Shown here piece by piece: positions 27,793 to 37,668 of a DNA stretch of 64,000 nt. Below the pieces are notes generated by a model. That model was given only the letters and a program-made list of their open reading frames with translations, was not told where the DNA came from and did no database searches. Position 1 is the stretch's first letter, and every line of letters begins with the position of its first letter. This DNA is from Thermoanaerobaculia bacterium (lineage in GTDB: Bacteria > Acidobacteriota > Thermoanaerobaculia > Multivoradales > Multivoraceae). A program made the translations under genes and the position numbers. The DNA is taken from assembly GCA_963664405.1 (NCBI GenBank), contig OY761158.1, positions 1,568,001 through 1,632,000 of the forward strand, read 5' to 3'.

Positions 27793-29856
27793 ATGAACCT
27801 CGCGCGGAGGCCGGCTGTGCCGGTCATCACGATCGCTGCGACACTCCTTCTCGCTGCCGTCAGCGCCGGCGAGAATGTCGACTGGCCGCGCTTCGGTAAC
27901 GATGGCGGCAACGGGAAATACTCCACCCTCGACCAGATCGACGCCGACAACTTCGACCAGGTCGAGGTGGTCTGGACCTGGGAATCGGTCGACGCTCAAC
28001 TCGAGGACCGGGTTGAAGGCGCGCAGAAAGGCGGCGTAGCGCGCCCCGATCCGGAAGACGGGTTCGCCCTCGCCAACGCCGCGGAGAACGGACTGCCCAC
28101 GCAGGTTCGTCCGGGACCTTTCAAAGCCATTCCGGTGGTGATCGACGGGCGAATGTACGTGAGCACCGCTCTCGGACAGGTTGCGGCGATCGACGCGGCC
28201 TCCGGCGAGCCGCTGTGGAGCTACGATCCCCAGAGCTGGGAGGCCGGGCGACCGGCGAATATGGGCTTTCAGCATCGAGGCGTGGCCTACTGGCAGCGGG
28301 GCGACAAGAAGCGCGTGTTGATGCCGACGCACGACCGCCGCCTGCTTTCGCTCGACGCCATGACCGGCAAGCCGGACCCCGACTTCGGCAGATACGGCGC
28401 GGTGGCGATGACCAAGGATCTCGGTCGCGACATCACCGAGTCGAGGACGACCCACAGCTCGCCGCCCTCGCTGTGTCGTGACCGGGTGATCGTCGGCTCG
28501 ATCGTGTCCGATATTCCAAGCTACAAAGAAGCGCCCCCGGGGCATGTGCGCGCCTACCATGTCGAGAGTGGCGAGTTGGCGTGGGTCTTCCACACCATCC
28601 CCCAGCCGGGTGAAGAAGGCCATGAGACCTGGGAGGAGGGTTCGTGGAAGTACACAGGCGCCACCAACGTGTGGTCCCTGATCTCGGTGGATGAAGAGCT
28701 CGGCCTCGCCTATCTTCCGATCTCGACGCCGACCAACGACCTCTACGGCGGCCACCGCCTGGGAGATAACCTGTTCGCCGAGAGTCTGGTAGCCGTCGAT
28801 TGCGAGACCGGAGAGAAGCGCTGGCACTTCCAGATGGTGCACCACGGCCTGTGGGACTACGATCTGCCGACGGCGCCGACCCGGATCGATGTGAAGGTCG
28901 GGGACAAGCTGGTCAAGGCGGTGGCGCAGCCGACCAAGCAGGCCTTCCTCTTTGTTTTCGACGCCGAGACCGGCGAGCCGCTGTGGCCAATCGAAGAGAA
29001 GCCGGTGCAGACAGGGACGGTGCCGGGAGATCGCGCCTCACCGACCCAGCCCTTCCCCACCAAGCCGGCGGCCTACGACTACCAGGGGATCTCCGAAGAC
29101 GATCTCATCGACTTTTTGCCGGAGCTTCGCCGCGAGGCACTGGAGATCGCGGCCGACTACGAGCTGGTGCCGCTCTACACGCCCCCGCGTCTGGAGGGTG
29201 AGGGCAAACCGACGATTCAGCTCCCTGCCGATGGCGGGGGTACCAACTGGACCGGCGCCGCCGTCGATCCCGAGAGCGGCCTGATCTATGTGCCGTCCCT
29301 CACTCGACCGGTTACCGTCTCGCTGACCACGCCGGACCCCAATCGCTCGAATATGCGCTACACGCCGAGCCGCTGGTACGACGGCGTCCAAGGTCCCCGT
29401 GGCTTGCCGCTGGTGAAGCCGCCCTACGGCCGGATCACCGCCATCGATCTCGCCACCGGCGAGCATGCCTGGGTGGCGGCGCACGGGGAGGGGCCGCGCA
29501 ACCACCCCGCGCTCCGGGAGCTCGGTCTCGGTCGACTCGGTGCGACGAATCACACTGCGGCACCGCTGGTCACCAAGACCCTCCTCTTCGTCACCCTGCG
29601 GGCTGAGAACACGACCGGCGGCAGCCGGCGGGAACCCGATCGACCGGCCGAGATCAGTGTCTACGACAAGAAGAGCGGCGCCTACCTCGGTGGCATCGAG
29701 CTCCCGGACTCGCCCAAGTCGAACCTCATCACCTACGAAGTGGATGGCCGGCAGTATCTCGCCGTCAGCGTCGGTGGGGGGCGCTCGACGATCGGCGGCG
29801 GCGGAACCCCGGCCCGGGTCGTCGCCCTGGCACTCCGTTCGCCGGGAGCCCCGTGA
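27793..29856 (+). CDS. PQQ-dependent dehydrogenase (quinoprotein glucose dehydrogenase-like), paralogue A
   Basis: KYSTLDQID..N, RGVAYW, NVWS...DEELG..YLP, WHFQMVHHGLWDYD, SPTQPFPTKP, KPPYGRITAIDL. Confidence 0.9.
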   Translation: MNLARRPAVPVITIAATLLLAAVSAGENVDWPRFGNDGGNGKYSTLDQIDADNFDQVEVVWTWESVDAQLEDRVEGAQKGGVARPDPEDGFALANAAENGLPTQVRPGPFKAIPVVIDGRMYVSTALGQVAAIDAASGEPLWSYDPQSWEAGRPANMGFQHRGVAYWQRGDKKRVLMPTHDRRLLSLDAMTGKPDPDFGRYGAVAMTKDLGRDITESRTTHSSPPSLCRDRVIVGSIVSDIPSYKEAPPGHVRAYHVESGELAWVFHTIPQPGEEGHETWEEGSWKYTGATNVWSLISVDEELGLAYLPISTPTNDLYGGHRLGDNLFAESLVAVDCETGEKRWHFQMVHHGLWDYDLPTAPTRIDVKVGDKLVKAVAQPTKQAFLFVFDAETGEPLWPIEEKPVQTGTVPGDRASPTQPFPTKPAAYDYQGISEDDLIDFLPELRREALEIAADYELVPLYTPPRLEGEGKPTIQLPADGGGTNWTGAAVDPESGLIYVPSLTRPVTVSLTTPDPNRSNMRYTPSRWYDGVQGPRGLPLVKPPYGRITAIDLATGEHAWVAAHGEGPRNHPALRELGLGRLGATNHTAAPLVTKTLLFVTLRAENTTGGSRREPDRPAEISVYDKKSGAYLGGIELPDSPKSNLITYEVDGRQYLAVSVGGGRSTIGGGGTPARVVALALRSPGAP

Positions 29857-29872
29857 TATAAGCGTCGCTACC

Positions 29873-31837
29873 GTGCCCCCCCTCAAGACCCTGCTATTCG
29901 CCTCCTGCGCCGCATCGCTGCTCCTCGCCGCCGTGGCGACGCCTGCCGATACCGACTGGCCCCACTTCGGCAACGACGCCGGCAATACGAAGTACTCACC
30001 GCTCGACCAGATCGACGCCGACAACTTCGACCGCGTCGAGGTGGTCTGGACCTGGGATTCGGTCGACGGTCAGCTCAAAGACCTGCCAAGCGCCGTACGC
30101 CCAGGGCCTTTCAGACCGATCCCGGTGGTGATCGACGGACGTATGTACGTGAGCACCGCGCTCGGCCAGGTAGCAGCGATCGACGCCACCAGCGGCGAGC
30201 AGCTGTGGAGCTACGACCCGCAGAGCTGGGAGGCGGGGCGGCCGGCGAATATGGGCTTTCAGCATCGCGGAGTGGCGGTCTGGCACAAGGGCGAGAGACA
30301 ACGAGTGATGATGGCGACCCACGACCGGCGCCTGCTCTCGCTCGACGCCATGACCGGCAAGCCCGATCCGGCCTTCGGCAAGTACGGCGCGGTGGAGATG
30401 ACCAAGGATCTGGGGCGCAAGATCCTCGAGTCGCGCACTACACACAGCTCGCCGCCGGCGATCTGTCGCGACACCGTGATCGTCGGCTCGATCGTTGCCG
30501 ATATGGCCACGCATCAAGAGGCACCGCCCGGTTTCGTGCGCGCCTATGATGCCGAGAGCGGCGCCCTGGCGTGGGTCTTTCACACCATCCCCCAGCAGGG
30601 AGAGGAGGGCACAGAGACCTGGGAGAACGAGTCCTGGCGCTACAGTGGCAACACCAATGTGTGGTCGATGATCACCGTCGACGAGGAGCTCGGCCTCGCC
30701 TATCTTCCGATCGGCACGCCGTCGAGTGACCTCTATGGCGGTCATCGCCTCGGCGACAACCTCTACGCCGAGAGCCTGGTGGCGGTCGACTGCGAGACCG
30801 GCGAGAAGCGCTGGCACTTCCAGATCGTGCACCACGGCCTCTGGGACTATGACCTGCCACCGCCGCCGAACAGGATCGACCTCGTGGTGGGCGGCAAGCT
30901 CCGCAAGGTGGTGGCGCAAGCCAGCAAGCAGGCCTTCCTCTTCGTCCTCGATGCCATGACGGGAGAGCCGCTGTGGCCGATCGAAGAGCGTCCCGTGCCG
31001 CCGAGCCAGGTGCCGGGGGATCGTGCCTCGCCGACCCAGCCTTTCCCCACCAAGCCCGCCGCCTACGATCGCCAGGGCATCAGCACCGATGATCTGATCG
31101 ACTTCACGGCCCAGCTTCGGAAAGAGGCCCTCGAGATCGCGAGTGCGTACGAGCTGGCGCCACTGTACACACCGCCTCGCGTCACGGGCGAAGGTAAGCC
31201 GGTGATCCAACTACCCAGTGAGTGGGGCGGCACCAACTGGACCGGCACCGCAGTCGACCCCGAAACCGGCATGATCTACGTGCCTTCCCAGACCAGGCCG
31301 GTATCCGTCTCGCTCACCCTGCCCGACCCCAATCGCTCGAATCTACGCTACGTGCCGGACGGCTGGTACGAGCGAGTCGAGGGTCCGCGTGGTCTGCCGC
31401 TGGTCAAACCGCCCTACGGACGCGTCACCGCGATCGATCTCGCGACCGGCGAGCACGTCTGGGTAGCGGCCCACGGTGAGGGGCCGCGCAACCATCCGAC
31501 GATCAAGCACTTGGGCCTGGATCGGCTGGGCTCCCCGAACCACGTAGCAGCGCCGCTGGTGACCAAGACTCTGTTGTTCGTCACCCATCGTGCCGAGAAC
31601 ACCACCGGCGCCGATCCCACCACCACGGATCGACCGGCCGAGATCAGCGTTTACGACAAGAAGACCGGGGCCTACCTCGGCGGCATCGAGCTTCCCGATT
31701 CGCCCAATTCGAACCTCATCACCTACGAAGTCGACGGTCGTCAGTATCTCGCAGTGAGCGTCGGCGGCGGAAGCGACCCGGGCGAGAGCGACGACACTCC
31801 GACGGGCGTCGTTGCGCTCGCGCTCGCCCCACTCTAG
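29873..31837 (+). CDS. PQQ-dependent dehydrogenase, paralogue B (tandem duplicate of A)
   Basis: Same motifs and long near-identical stretches with 27793-29856; start set at GTG 29873, before the signal peptide. Confidence 0.9.
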   Translation: MPPLKTLLFASCAASLLLAAVATPADTDWPHFGNDAGNTKYSPLDQIDADNFDRVEVVWTWDSVDGQLKDLPSAVRPGPFRPIPVVIDGRMYVSTALGQVAAIDATSGEQLWSYDPQSWEAGRPANMGFQHRGVAVWHKGERQRVMMATHDRRLLSLDAMTGKPDPAFGKYGAVEMTKDLGRKILESRTTHSSPPAICRDTVIVGSIVADMATHQEAPPGFVRAYDAESGALAWVFHTIPQQGEEGTETWENESWRYSGNTNVWSMITVDEELGLAYLPIGTPSSDLYGGHRLGDNLYAESLVAVDCETGEKRWHFQIVHHGLWDYDLPPPPNRIDLVVGGKLRKVVAQASKQAFLFVLDAMTGEPLWPIEERPVPPSQVPGDRASPTQPFPTKPAAYDRQGISTDDLIDFTAQLRKEALEIASAYELAPLYTPPRVTGEGKPVIQLPSEWGGTNWTGTAVDPETGMIYVPSQTRPVSVSLTLPDPNRSNLRYVPDGWYERVEGPRGLPLVKPPYGRVTAIDLATGEHVWVAAHGEGPRNHPTIKHLGLDRLGSPNHVAAPLVTKTLLFVTHRAENTTGADPTTTDRPAEISVYDKKTGAYLGGIELPDSPNSNLITYEVDGRQYLAVSVGGGSDPGESDDTPTGVVALALAPL

Positions 31838-31879
31838 GCAGGTAGGTTTACAATCGGGTCAACGATAGGAGAACGAGAG

Positions 31880-33349
31880 ATGAGCAAAAAACAAACGCGA
31901 CGGGAGTTCCTCCAGCAATCTTCTCGGCTTGTCGCCGGCACGGCGCTGGCCGGGCAGGTTGCGACGGGCGTCGAGGCACAAGAGGAGCGCCCGCCCAACA
32001 TCCTCTTCTTCTTCCCCGATCAGCACCGCCCCGACTGGATCGGCTACGGTCCCGACGCGCTGCCCATCTCGACTCCCAATCTGGCGCGTCTGGCGCGCAC
32101 CGGAGTCAGCTTCAGCCGCGCCGGCGTCGCCTCTCCTGTGTGTGCTCCCTCTCGGGCCTGCCTAGCATCCGGGCGGGAGTACGACCGCTGCGGAGTGCGC
32201 AAGAACGGCATCGTGTATCCACGGGATCGCTACACCTACTACAGTCTGCTGCGAGACGCCGGCTACCACACCATGGGCGTAGGCAAGCTCGATCTCGCGC
32301 AGGGCACGATGGACTACGGCTCGACTCACGCCGACGCCTGGGGCTTCTCGGCGATGATCAACGGCGCCGGCAAGAGCGCCGGCATGCGCGCGTATCTCCG
32401 CGAGCCGGTCGGCCCCAAGGGCCCCTACTACGAATATCTCGACTCTCTGCAGCCACCTCAAGGCCGCATCTGCGCCGACGACCTGGCCAAGCGCTACTCC
32501 AACTTTCCCGACAGCTGGTGGGGCGACACTTATCCCTCGCCGCTGGACCACGAGCACTACAACGACAACTGGATTGCGCGCAATGGCCTCAAGCTTCTCG
32601 AGGAGGCGCCCGCCGACAAGCCCTGGCATCTAGTCATCAACTTCGTCGGCCCCCACCCCTCGGTCGACATCACCCGCCAGATGGAGCGAACGGTGCGCGG
32701 CCCTGACCGGGTCGTGGAGGGTCTGCCGACGCCTCACCACTACAAAGGTGCACTGAGCCCCGAAGAGCACGTCCGCACGCGTCAGAACTACACCGCCATG
32801 ATCGAGAACATCGACGGCTGGCTCGGCCGTTATCTCGACATGCTCGAAGAGACCGGCCAGCTGGAGAACACGATCGTCGTCTACAGCTCAGATCACGGCG
32901 AGATGCTGGGAGACCACGCCCGCTGGGGCAAGTCGGTGCCCTACCAGGCGTCCCTCGGCGTACCGCTGCTGGCGGCGGGTCCGGGAATCCGTGCCGGCGT
33001 CCAGAGCGACGCCCTCGCCAGCATCATGGATCTGGCCGCGACCTTTCTCGACTACGGTGGGGTCGACCGGCCCTCCGACATGGACAGCCGCTCGCTGCGT
33101 CCTCTGCTCGAAGGCCATACCGACAGGCACCGAGAGGTACTGCTCTCGGGTCTTTTGACAGGGGAAGGCGATTGGCGCCTGGCGTGGGACGGCCGCTACA
33201 AGCTGCTGCGAGACTTCGGCGAAGAGCAGTATCAACTCTTCGACCTCGAGGCCGACCCGCTCGAGACCCGCAATCTGGCCTCCCGCGAGCCGGGTCGTGC
33301 TCGAAGCCTGAGAGAGTGGTTACCGGAGGGTTTCGAGGAGCCAGCGTAG
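31880..33349 (+). CDS. Tat-exported Cys-type sulfatase
   Basis: TRREFL Tat motif, PNILFFFPDQH, CAPSRA, SDHGEMLGDH. Confidence 0.9.
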   Translation: MSKKQTRREFLQQSSRLVAGTALAGQVATGVEAQEERPPNILFFFPDQHRPDWIGYGPDALPISTPNLARLARTGVSFSRAGVASPVCAPSRACLASGREYDRCGVRKNGIVYPRDRYTYYSLLRDAGYHTMGVGKLDLAQGTMDYGSTHADAWGFSAMINGAGKSAGMRAYLREPVGPKGPYYEYLDSLQPPQGRICADDLAKRYSNFPDSWWGDTYPSPLDHEHYNDNWIARNGLKLLEEAPADKPWHLVINFVGPHPSVDITRQMERTVRGPDRVVEGLPTPHHYKGALSPEEHVRTRQNYTAMIENIDGWLGRYLDMLEETGQLENTIVVYSSDHGEMLGDHARWGKSVPYQASLGVPLLAAGPGIRAGVQSDALASIMDLAATFLDYGGVDRPSDMDSRSLRPLLEGHTDRHREVLLSGLLTGEGDWRLAWDGRYKLLRDFGEEQYQLFDLEADPLETRNLASREPGRARSLREWLPEGFEEPA

Positions 33350-33418
33350 AGCGCGACGCCGTTCGCGGCTTCCGGCGGAATAGTCTAGGCTAGGAGTCCG
33401 CGCGGCAGGACTCCGGAT

Positions 33419-33435
33419 GCGCCGTCCTCGGCGCC
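33419..33435 (-). repeat. 17-bp REP-like hairpin GGCGCCGAGGACGGCGC, copy 1
   Basis: Identical copies at 33998-34014 (-) and 49764-49780 (+). Confidence 0.7.
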
Positions 33436-33479
33436 ATGAGCAACTAGGCGGAGCAAATGATACTCATCATTTGTAGAGC

Positions 33480-33881
33480 CTAGCGGGGCCTTATCTCGAC
33501 GAACCCTGCTGCGGCGAAATCGCCGTCGTAGGCGAGAGCCTCGGTCAATCGCAGACCCTCCATCAGGGCAAAGCTCGTCGCATCGACGAACGAGTACTCT
33601 CTTTCGTCGTGATGCAGCAGCCAACGCAGACCTCGTGCCTCCTGGTCAGGGGTGACCACGTCGACGCGGATTCTAGGCGAGCTCTCGAGCGAGTCGAGGA
33701 AAGCAACAGCAGAGCGATGATCTGCCTTCCTTCGCAGGTACGTCCAGGTCTCGCCACGAACGTGGTTGCTGGTGACGAAGCCCGAGCGTTCTCTCTGGCG
33801 GAGGATTGCAACAGCCTCTTGGTGGTGCCGGTCCCGCCGATTCCGAAGAGCCACGAAGAACGACGTGTCGATGAAGATCAC
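33480..33881 (-). CDS. vapC: VapC/PIN-domain toxin
   Basis: IFIDTSFF, V..ET, YSFVDATSFALM, YDGDF...GF. Confidence 0.9.
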   Translation of the reverse strand: MIFIDTSFFVALRNRRDRHHQEAVAILRQRERSGFVTSNHVRGETWTYLRRKADHRSAVAFLDSLESSPRIRVDVVTPDQEARGLRWLLHHDEREYSFVDATSFALMEGLRLTEALAYDGDFAAAGFVEIRPR

Positions 33882-33967
33882 CGGTAGACCACTTCATCGA
33901 CCGACTCGGGCTCGAAATCGTCGGCGCCGATCATCTGGCCCAGCGGGTCAGCATCGAGCGGGGGCAG
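33878..33967 (-). pseudogene. C-terminal remnant of the cognate antitoxin
   Basis: LPPLDADPLGQMIGADDFEPESVDEVVYR* with GTGA overlap onto vapC; the N-terminal DNA-binding part and its start are missing. Confidence 0.65.
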
Positions 33968-33997
33968 GGCAGCCGCCCGTCCTCGGACGGGTGACGC

Positions 33998-34014
33998 GCG
34001 CCGTCCTCGGCGCC
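33998..34014 (-). repeat. 17-bp REP-like hairpin, copy 2
   Basis: Identical to 33419-33435; a variant CCCGTCCTCGGACGGG lies just beside it. Confidence 0.7.
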
Positions 34015-34038
34015 GATAACAAGTGACCGGAGGAGGTG

Positions 34039-36033
34039 CTACTCACCACCTCTGGAGGGAACCGCGTAGGCGATGAGCTCGGCCTTCTCGCGAACTCCCC
34101 CGCCGGAGATGACGATGTACTGTCGCCCCTTGTAGAGGTATGTCATCGGGGCGCTGTGCAGACTGCGGTCGACCTCTACCTCGGCCAGTAGCTTGCCTGT
34201 GACCTTGTCATAGGCGTGAAGAAAAGCGCCGCCCGGGACTCCGTCGGCGGGCCTCTTGCCGAGCTCGTCGAGCTTGGAGGCAAAGGTGATCAGCAGAGTC
34301 TTGGTGGTCAGCAGGCCGCCCTCGGTGACCGCGGCTGAAGACTGACTGCCTAGCGGACCCAGGTCGAGATGCTTGATCGCCGGGTGTCCGGTCGGACCCT
34401 CACCCAGAGGCGTCTGCCAGATCAGATCTCCGGTCTTGAGATCGATCGCCGAGATACGCTTGTAGGGCGGTTTGACCAGAGGCAGTCCCTGCGGACCTTC
34501 GAGCGGAACCCGGTCGAGCACATACTTCCAATCCGACCGCGCGGGATCGGGCTGGGTCAAAGCCAGCGCCGAAGGCCGGGTCATCGACTGCACGTAGAGG
34601 TAGCCGGTCTCGGGATCCGCGGAGCCACCCGGATGACTGGCACCCCCGCCGGCGCCGGGCACGAAGATCGTCCCCCTCTTCTCCCCTCCGCTCAGGATCA
34701 GCGGCGGGAACATCCCTCCGTACTCGTACTGTTCGAGAATCTCGAGGGCTTCCTGCCTCAGCTCAGGAGTGAAGTCGATGAGGTCGTCCTCGGTCAATCC
34801 CTGGCGGTCGAAGGGCGGCGGCTTGGTCGGAAAGGGCTGCGTGCGAGCCAGCTTCTCGCCTGGAACCGTAGTGTGCCAGTTGACCGGACGCTCTTCGATC
34901 GGCCACAGAGGCTCCCCCGTGGCTCGATCGAAGACATAAGTGAAGGCCGTCTTCGATACCTGCGCCACCGCCTTGACCAGCCGGCCATCGACAACGACGT
35001 CGAGCAGGATCGGAGCCGACGCGATGTCGTAGTCCCAGATTCCGTGGTGCACGGTCTGAAAGTGCCAGACGCGCTCCCCGGTCTCCACGTCGACACAGAC
35101 CAGGCTCTCGGCGTAGACGTTGTCACCATGGCGCTGGCCGCCGTAGTAGTCGTTGGTCGGAGTGCTGGTACCGAAGTAGACGTAGCCCAGCTCTTCATCG
35201 CCACTCAGCGCAGCCCACACATTGGTGTTGCCCGTCAGCTTCCAGGAATCGTTCTCCCAGGTCTCGACGAAGTCCTCTCCCTCCTGGGGGATGGTGTGGA
35301 AGCGCCATCTGAGCTTACCGGTGCGCACATCGTAGGCGCGCACATGACCAGGCGGGTTGCGGTTACGTAGAGGGAAGTCCCAGATTCTCGAGCCGACGAC
35401 GTAGGTATCACCGACCACGATCCCCGGCTGACCGTGGCTGATGCTACGAATAGTGGTGCCCTCGCGCCCCAGATCGCGCGATAGATCGACGATGCCATCC
35501 TCACCGAAAGCCGGATCGGGTCGTCCGGTCTGGGGATCGATCGACACCAGCTGCCTGCCAATGCTGGCGAGGAAAATGCGCTCGATTCCACCGGCCTGGC
35601 CGGCCTTGCCGTCGGTCCAATATTCGAGTCCACGGGTGTAGACGTTGGTCTGCGTAGGCCTACCGATCGCGTAGCTCTTCGGGTCGTAGACCCAGAGCTC
35701 CTCGCCGGTTGCCGCATCGAGAGCCGCAACCTGGCTGAGCTCGGTGGGCACGTAGATGCGGCCCCCGACCATCAGAGGGGTGGCACGCCAGGGTCGCCGC
35801 TCATAGGGAGACACATGGTCGATGCGCTTGTCGGCGGACTCCCAGCGCCACGCCACCTCGAGCCGTGAGAAGTTCTCTGCGTCGATCTGGCTCAGCGGCG
35901 AATAGCGCGCAGAGCTCTTGTCGCGACCATGGTGACGCCACTCGACATCGGGCTCGGCGCCGAAGCAGACAGCGGGTACACAGAGACCTAACGCCAAGAC
36001 AAAGAATCGCGTCCAAAATCTGCACTTCTCCAC
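34039..36033 (-). CDS. PQQ-dependent dehydrogenase, paralogue C
   Basis: RYSPLSQIDAEN, ATPLMVGG, NVWA...DEELG, WHFQTVHHGIWDYD, TQPFPTKPPPFDRQG, PMTY..KGRQYIV. Confidence 0.9.
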   Translation of the reverse strand: MEKCRFWTRFFVLALGLCVPAVCFGAEPDVEWRHHGRDKSSARYSPLSQIDAENFSRLEVAWRWESADKRIDHVSPYERRPWRATPLMVGGRIYVPTELSQVAALDAATGEELWVYDPKSYAIGRPTQTNVYTRGLEYWTDGKAGQAGGIERIFLASIGRQLVSIDPQTGRPDPAFGEDGIVDLSRDLGREGTTIRSISHGQPGIVVGDTYVVGSRIWDFPLRNRNPPGHVRAYDVRTGKLRWRFHTIPQEGEDFVETWENDSWKLTGNTNVWAALSGDEELGYVYFGTSTPTNDYYGGQRHGDNVYAESLVCVDVETGERVWHFQTVHHGIWDYDIASAPILLDVVVDGRLVKAVAQVSKTAFTYVFDRATGEPLWPIEERPVNWHTTVPGEKLARTQPFPTKPPPFDRQGLTEDDLIDFTPELRQEALEILEQYEYGGMFPPLILSGGEKRGTIFVPGAGGGASHPGGSADPETGYLYVQSMTRPSALALTQPDPARSDWKYVLDRVPLEGPQGLPLVKPPYKRISAIDLKTGDLIWQTPLGEGPTGHPAIKHLDLGPLGSQSSAAVTEGGLLTTKTLLITFASKLDELGKRPADGVPGGAFLHAYDKVTGKLLAEVEVDRSLHSAPMTYLYKGRQYIVISGGGVREKAELIAYAVPSRGGE

Positions 36034-36086
36034 GGTTTTCTCCTGCGATACCCCGATGAGGGACGGAGCCCCTAAGAGACGGGGTG

Positions 36087-36139
36087 TAAAGTACCAAAGT
36101 ACTAAAGTACTAAAGTACTAAAGTACCAAAGTACCAAAG
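36087..36139. repeat. 8-bp tandem repeat (Y)AAAGTAC x 6.6 in a divergent intergenic region
   Basis: TAAAGTAC CAAAGTAC TAAAGTAC TAAAGTAC TAAAGTAC CAAAGTAC CAAAG. Confidence 0.9.
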
Positions 36140-36199
36140 CGCCTTCCATCGGCACTGGGCGCGCGTCATCTACACCTCGAGTGCCAAAAGGAGTCAGCC

Positions 36200-37288
36200 A
36201 TGCAGATGAGAGCCCTCTCTGTCGGTTTCAGTCTCGCTCTGGCCTTCGCATTCATGGGTCTGCCCAGCTCGGGTGCCGAGAACGACATCCCGAGGACAGC
36301 GAACGGAAAGCCGGATCTATCGGGAACCTATGACATCGGCAGCTTGACTCCGCTGCAGCGCGACGAGAAATACGGCGAGAGCGTCTATACCACCGCCGCG
36401 GAGACCCGGAAGCTCGAAGAAGCCGCGATCGCAGCACAGGCCGAGGACGATGCCTCGAGGGCGACAAATCGCGTCGCACCCCCAAGCATCAAGGACGAAG
36501 AATTCAAGAGCATCGGTGCTTACAACCGATTCTGGTTCGACCGGGGCACCACGACCTTCGCCGTCGACGGCAAGTACCGCACCTCGATCCTCACCGATCC
36601 GGCCGACGGCCGGCTGCCTCCGGTCAGCGAGCTCGGCAAGGAGCTACGAGCGGGGGCACCCCTCTTCTCGTACAAGAACACGGGCCTGGCGTGGTGGATG
36701 GAGACCGGCGAAGCCCCCTACGACGGGCCGGAGACCCAAACGCTCGGGACCCGCTGCCTCTTCGCCGGAGGCCCGTCGGTGCCGATGAGGCCGAGTGCCT
36801 ACAACAACGTCAAGACCATCACCCAAACCGACACCCACGTCTCGATCCTGGTCGAATGGATGCACTGGAATCGCATCGTCCGCCTTAACTCCGAGCACCT
36901 GCCTCCCGAGATTCGCTCTTTCGGAGGCGATTCGATCGGATGGTGGGAGGGGGACACCCTGGTGGTGGAGACCACCAACTTTCGGCTGCCACCGCCGGCC
37001 CCCTGGGCCCAGGAGCTCCTAGCCGCCCAGGACTCTGCCAGCCAGGAGATGCGCGTCGTGGAGCGCTTCACGCCGATCGACGGGGACACCCTGCACTACG
37101 AGTTCACGGTCGATGATCCCGGTTACACGGCACCCTACACCGGCTCGCTACCGTTCCCGCGCACCGACGCCAAGCTCTTCGAGTATGCCTGCCACGAAGG
37201 AAACTACTCGATGGGCAACATGATGCGGGGTGCGCGCCAGCTGGAGGAAGAATGGCGCGCGGAACGCACCTCCTCGCAACAGCCGTAG
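36200..37288 (+). CDS. Conserved secreted hypothetical protein
   Basis: Signal peptide; PRT..GKPDLSG.Y, GDSIGWWEGDTLVVETTNF, VVERFT, FEYACHEGNY. A paralogue end lies at 63904-64000. Confidence 0.8.
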   Translation: MQMRALSVGFSLALAFAFMGLPSSGAENDIPRTANGKPDLSGTYDIGSLTPLQRDEKYGESVYTTAAETRKLEEAAIAAQAEDDASRATNRVAPPSIKDEEFKSIGAYNRFWFDRGTTTFAVDGKYRTSILTDPADGRLPPVSELGKELRAGAPLFSYKNTGLAWWMETGEAPYDGPETQTLGTRCLFAGGPSVPMRPSAYNNVKTITQTDTHVSILVEWMHWNRIVRLNSEHLPPEIRSFGGDSIGWWEGDTLVVETTNFRLPPPAPWAQELLAAQDSASQEMRVVERFTPIDGDTLHYEFTVDDPGYTAPYTGSLPFPRTDAKLFEYACHEGNYSMGNMMRGARQLEEEWRAERTSSQQP

Positions 37289-37374
37289 CACTCGGATCCG
37301 ATAGAAGATCCACCCAGTGTCTCTCTACCGCCTACCCGCGTCGCCTCACACGAGTATGGTAGTATTCCCTCAGT

Positions 37375-37668
37375 ATGGCACACGCCAAGGCGACCTTCAC
37401 GCTGGATCGAGCAACTGTCGATCGACTTCGCCGCACTGCCGAGAGGCTTGGTCGACCCAAGAGTGAAGTCGTTCGCCTCGCGATTCACGACTACAGCGAC
37501 CGCGTTGGCCGCCTGAGCGAGCGCGAGAGGCTACAGAAGCTACGCGCCATAGATAGACTGGTAGCCCGGATCCCATCCCGACCCCAGGCTGACGTTGACG
37601 CCGAGATCGCAGTGATCCGCAAAGCTCGTCGAAGCGGCGGTCGGAAGGGCCCGAGCGAGGCCCGATGA
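37375..37668 (+). CDS. vapB: Ribbon-helix-helix (CopG-like) antitoxin
   Basis: KATFTLD....RLRR.A...G.PKSEVVRLAI; ATGA overlap with the PIN gene. Confidence 0.8.
   Translation: MAHAKATFTLDRATVDRLRRTAERLGRPKSEVVRLAIHDYSDRVGRLSERERLQKLRAIDRLVARIPSRPQADVDAEIAVIRKARRSGGRKGPSEAR

Noticed and set aside
29465-29872. N-terminal extension of the 790-aa track ORF
   Set aside because: Overlaps the preceding paralogue out of frame; the signal peptide begins at about 29873.
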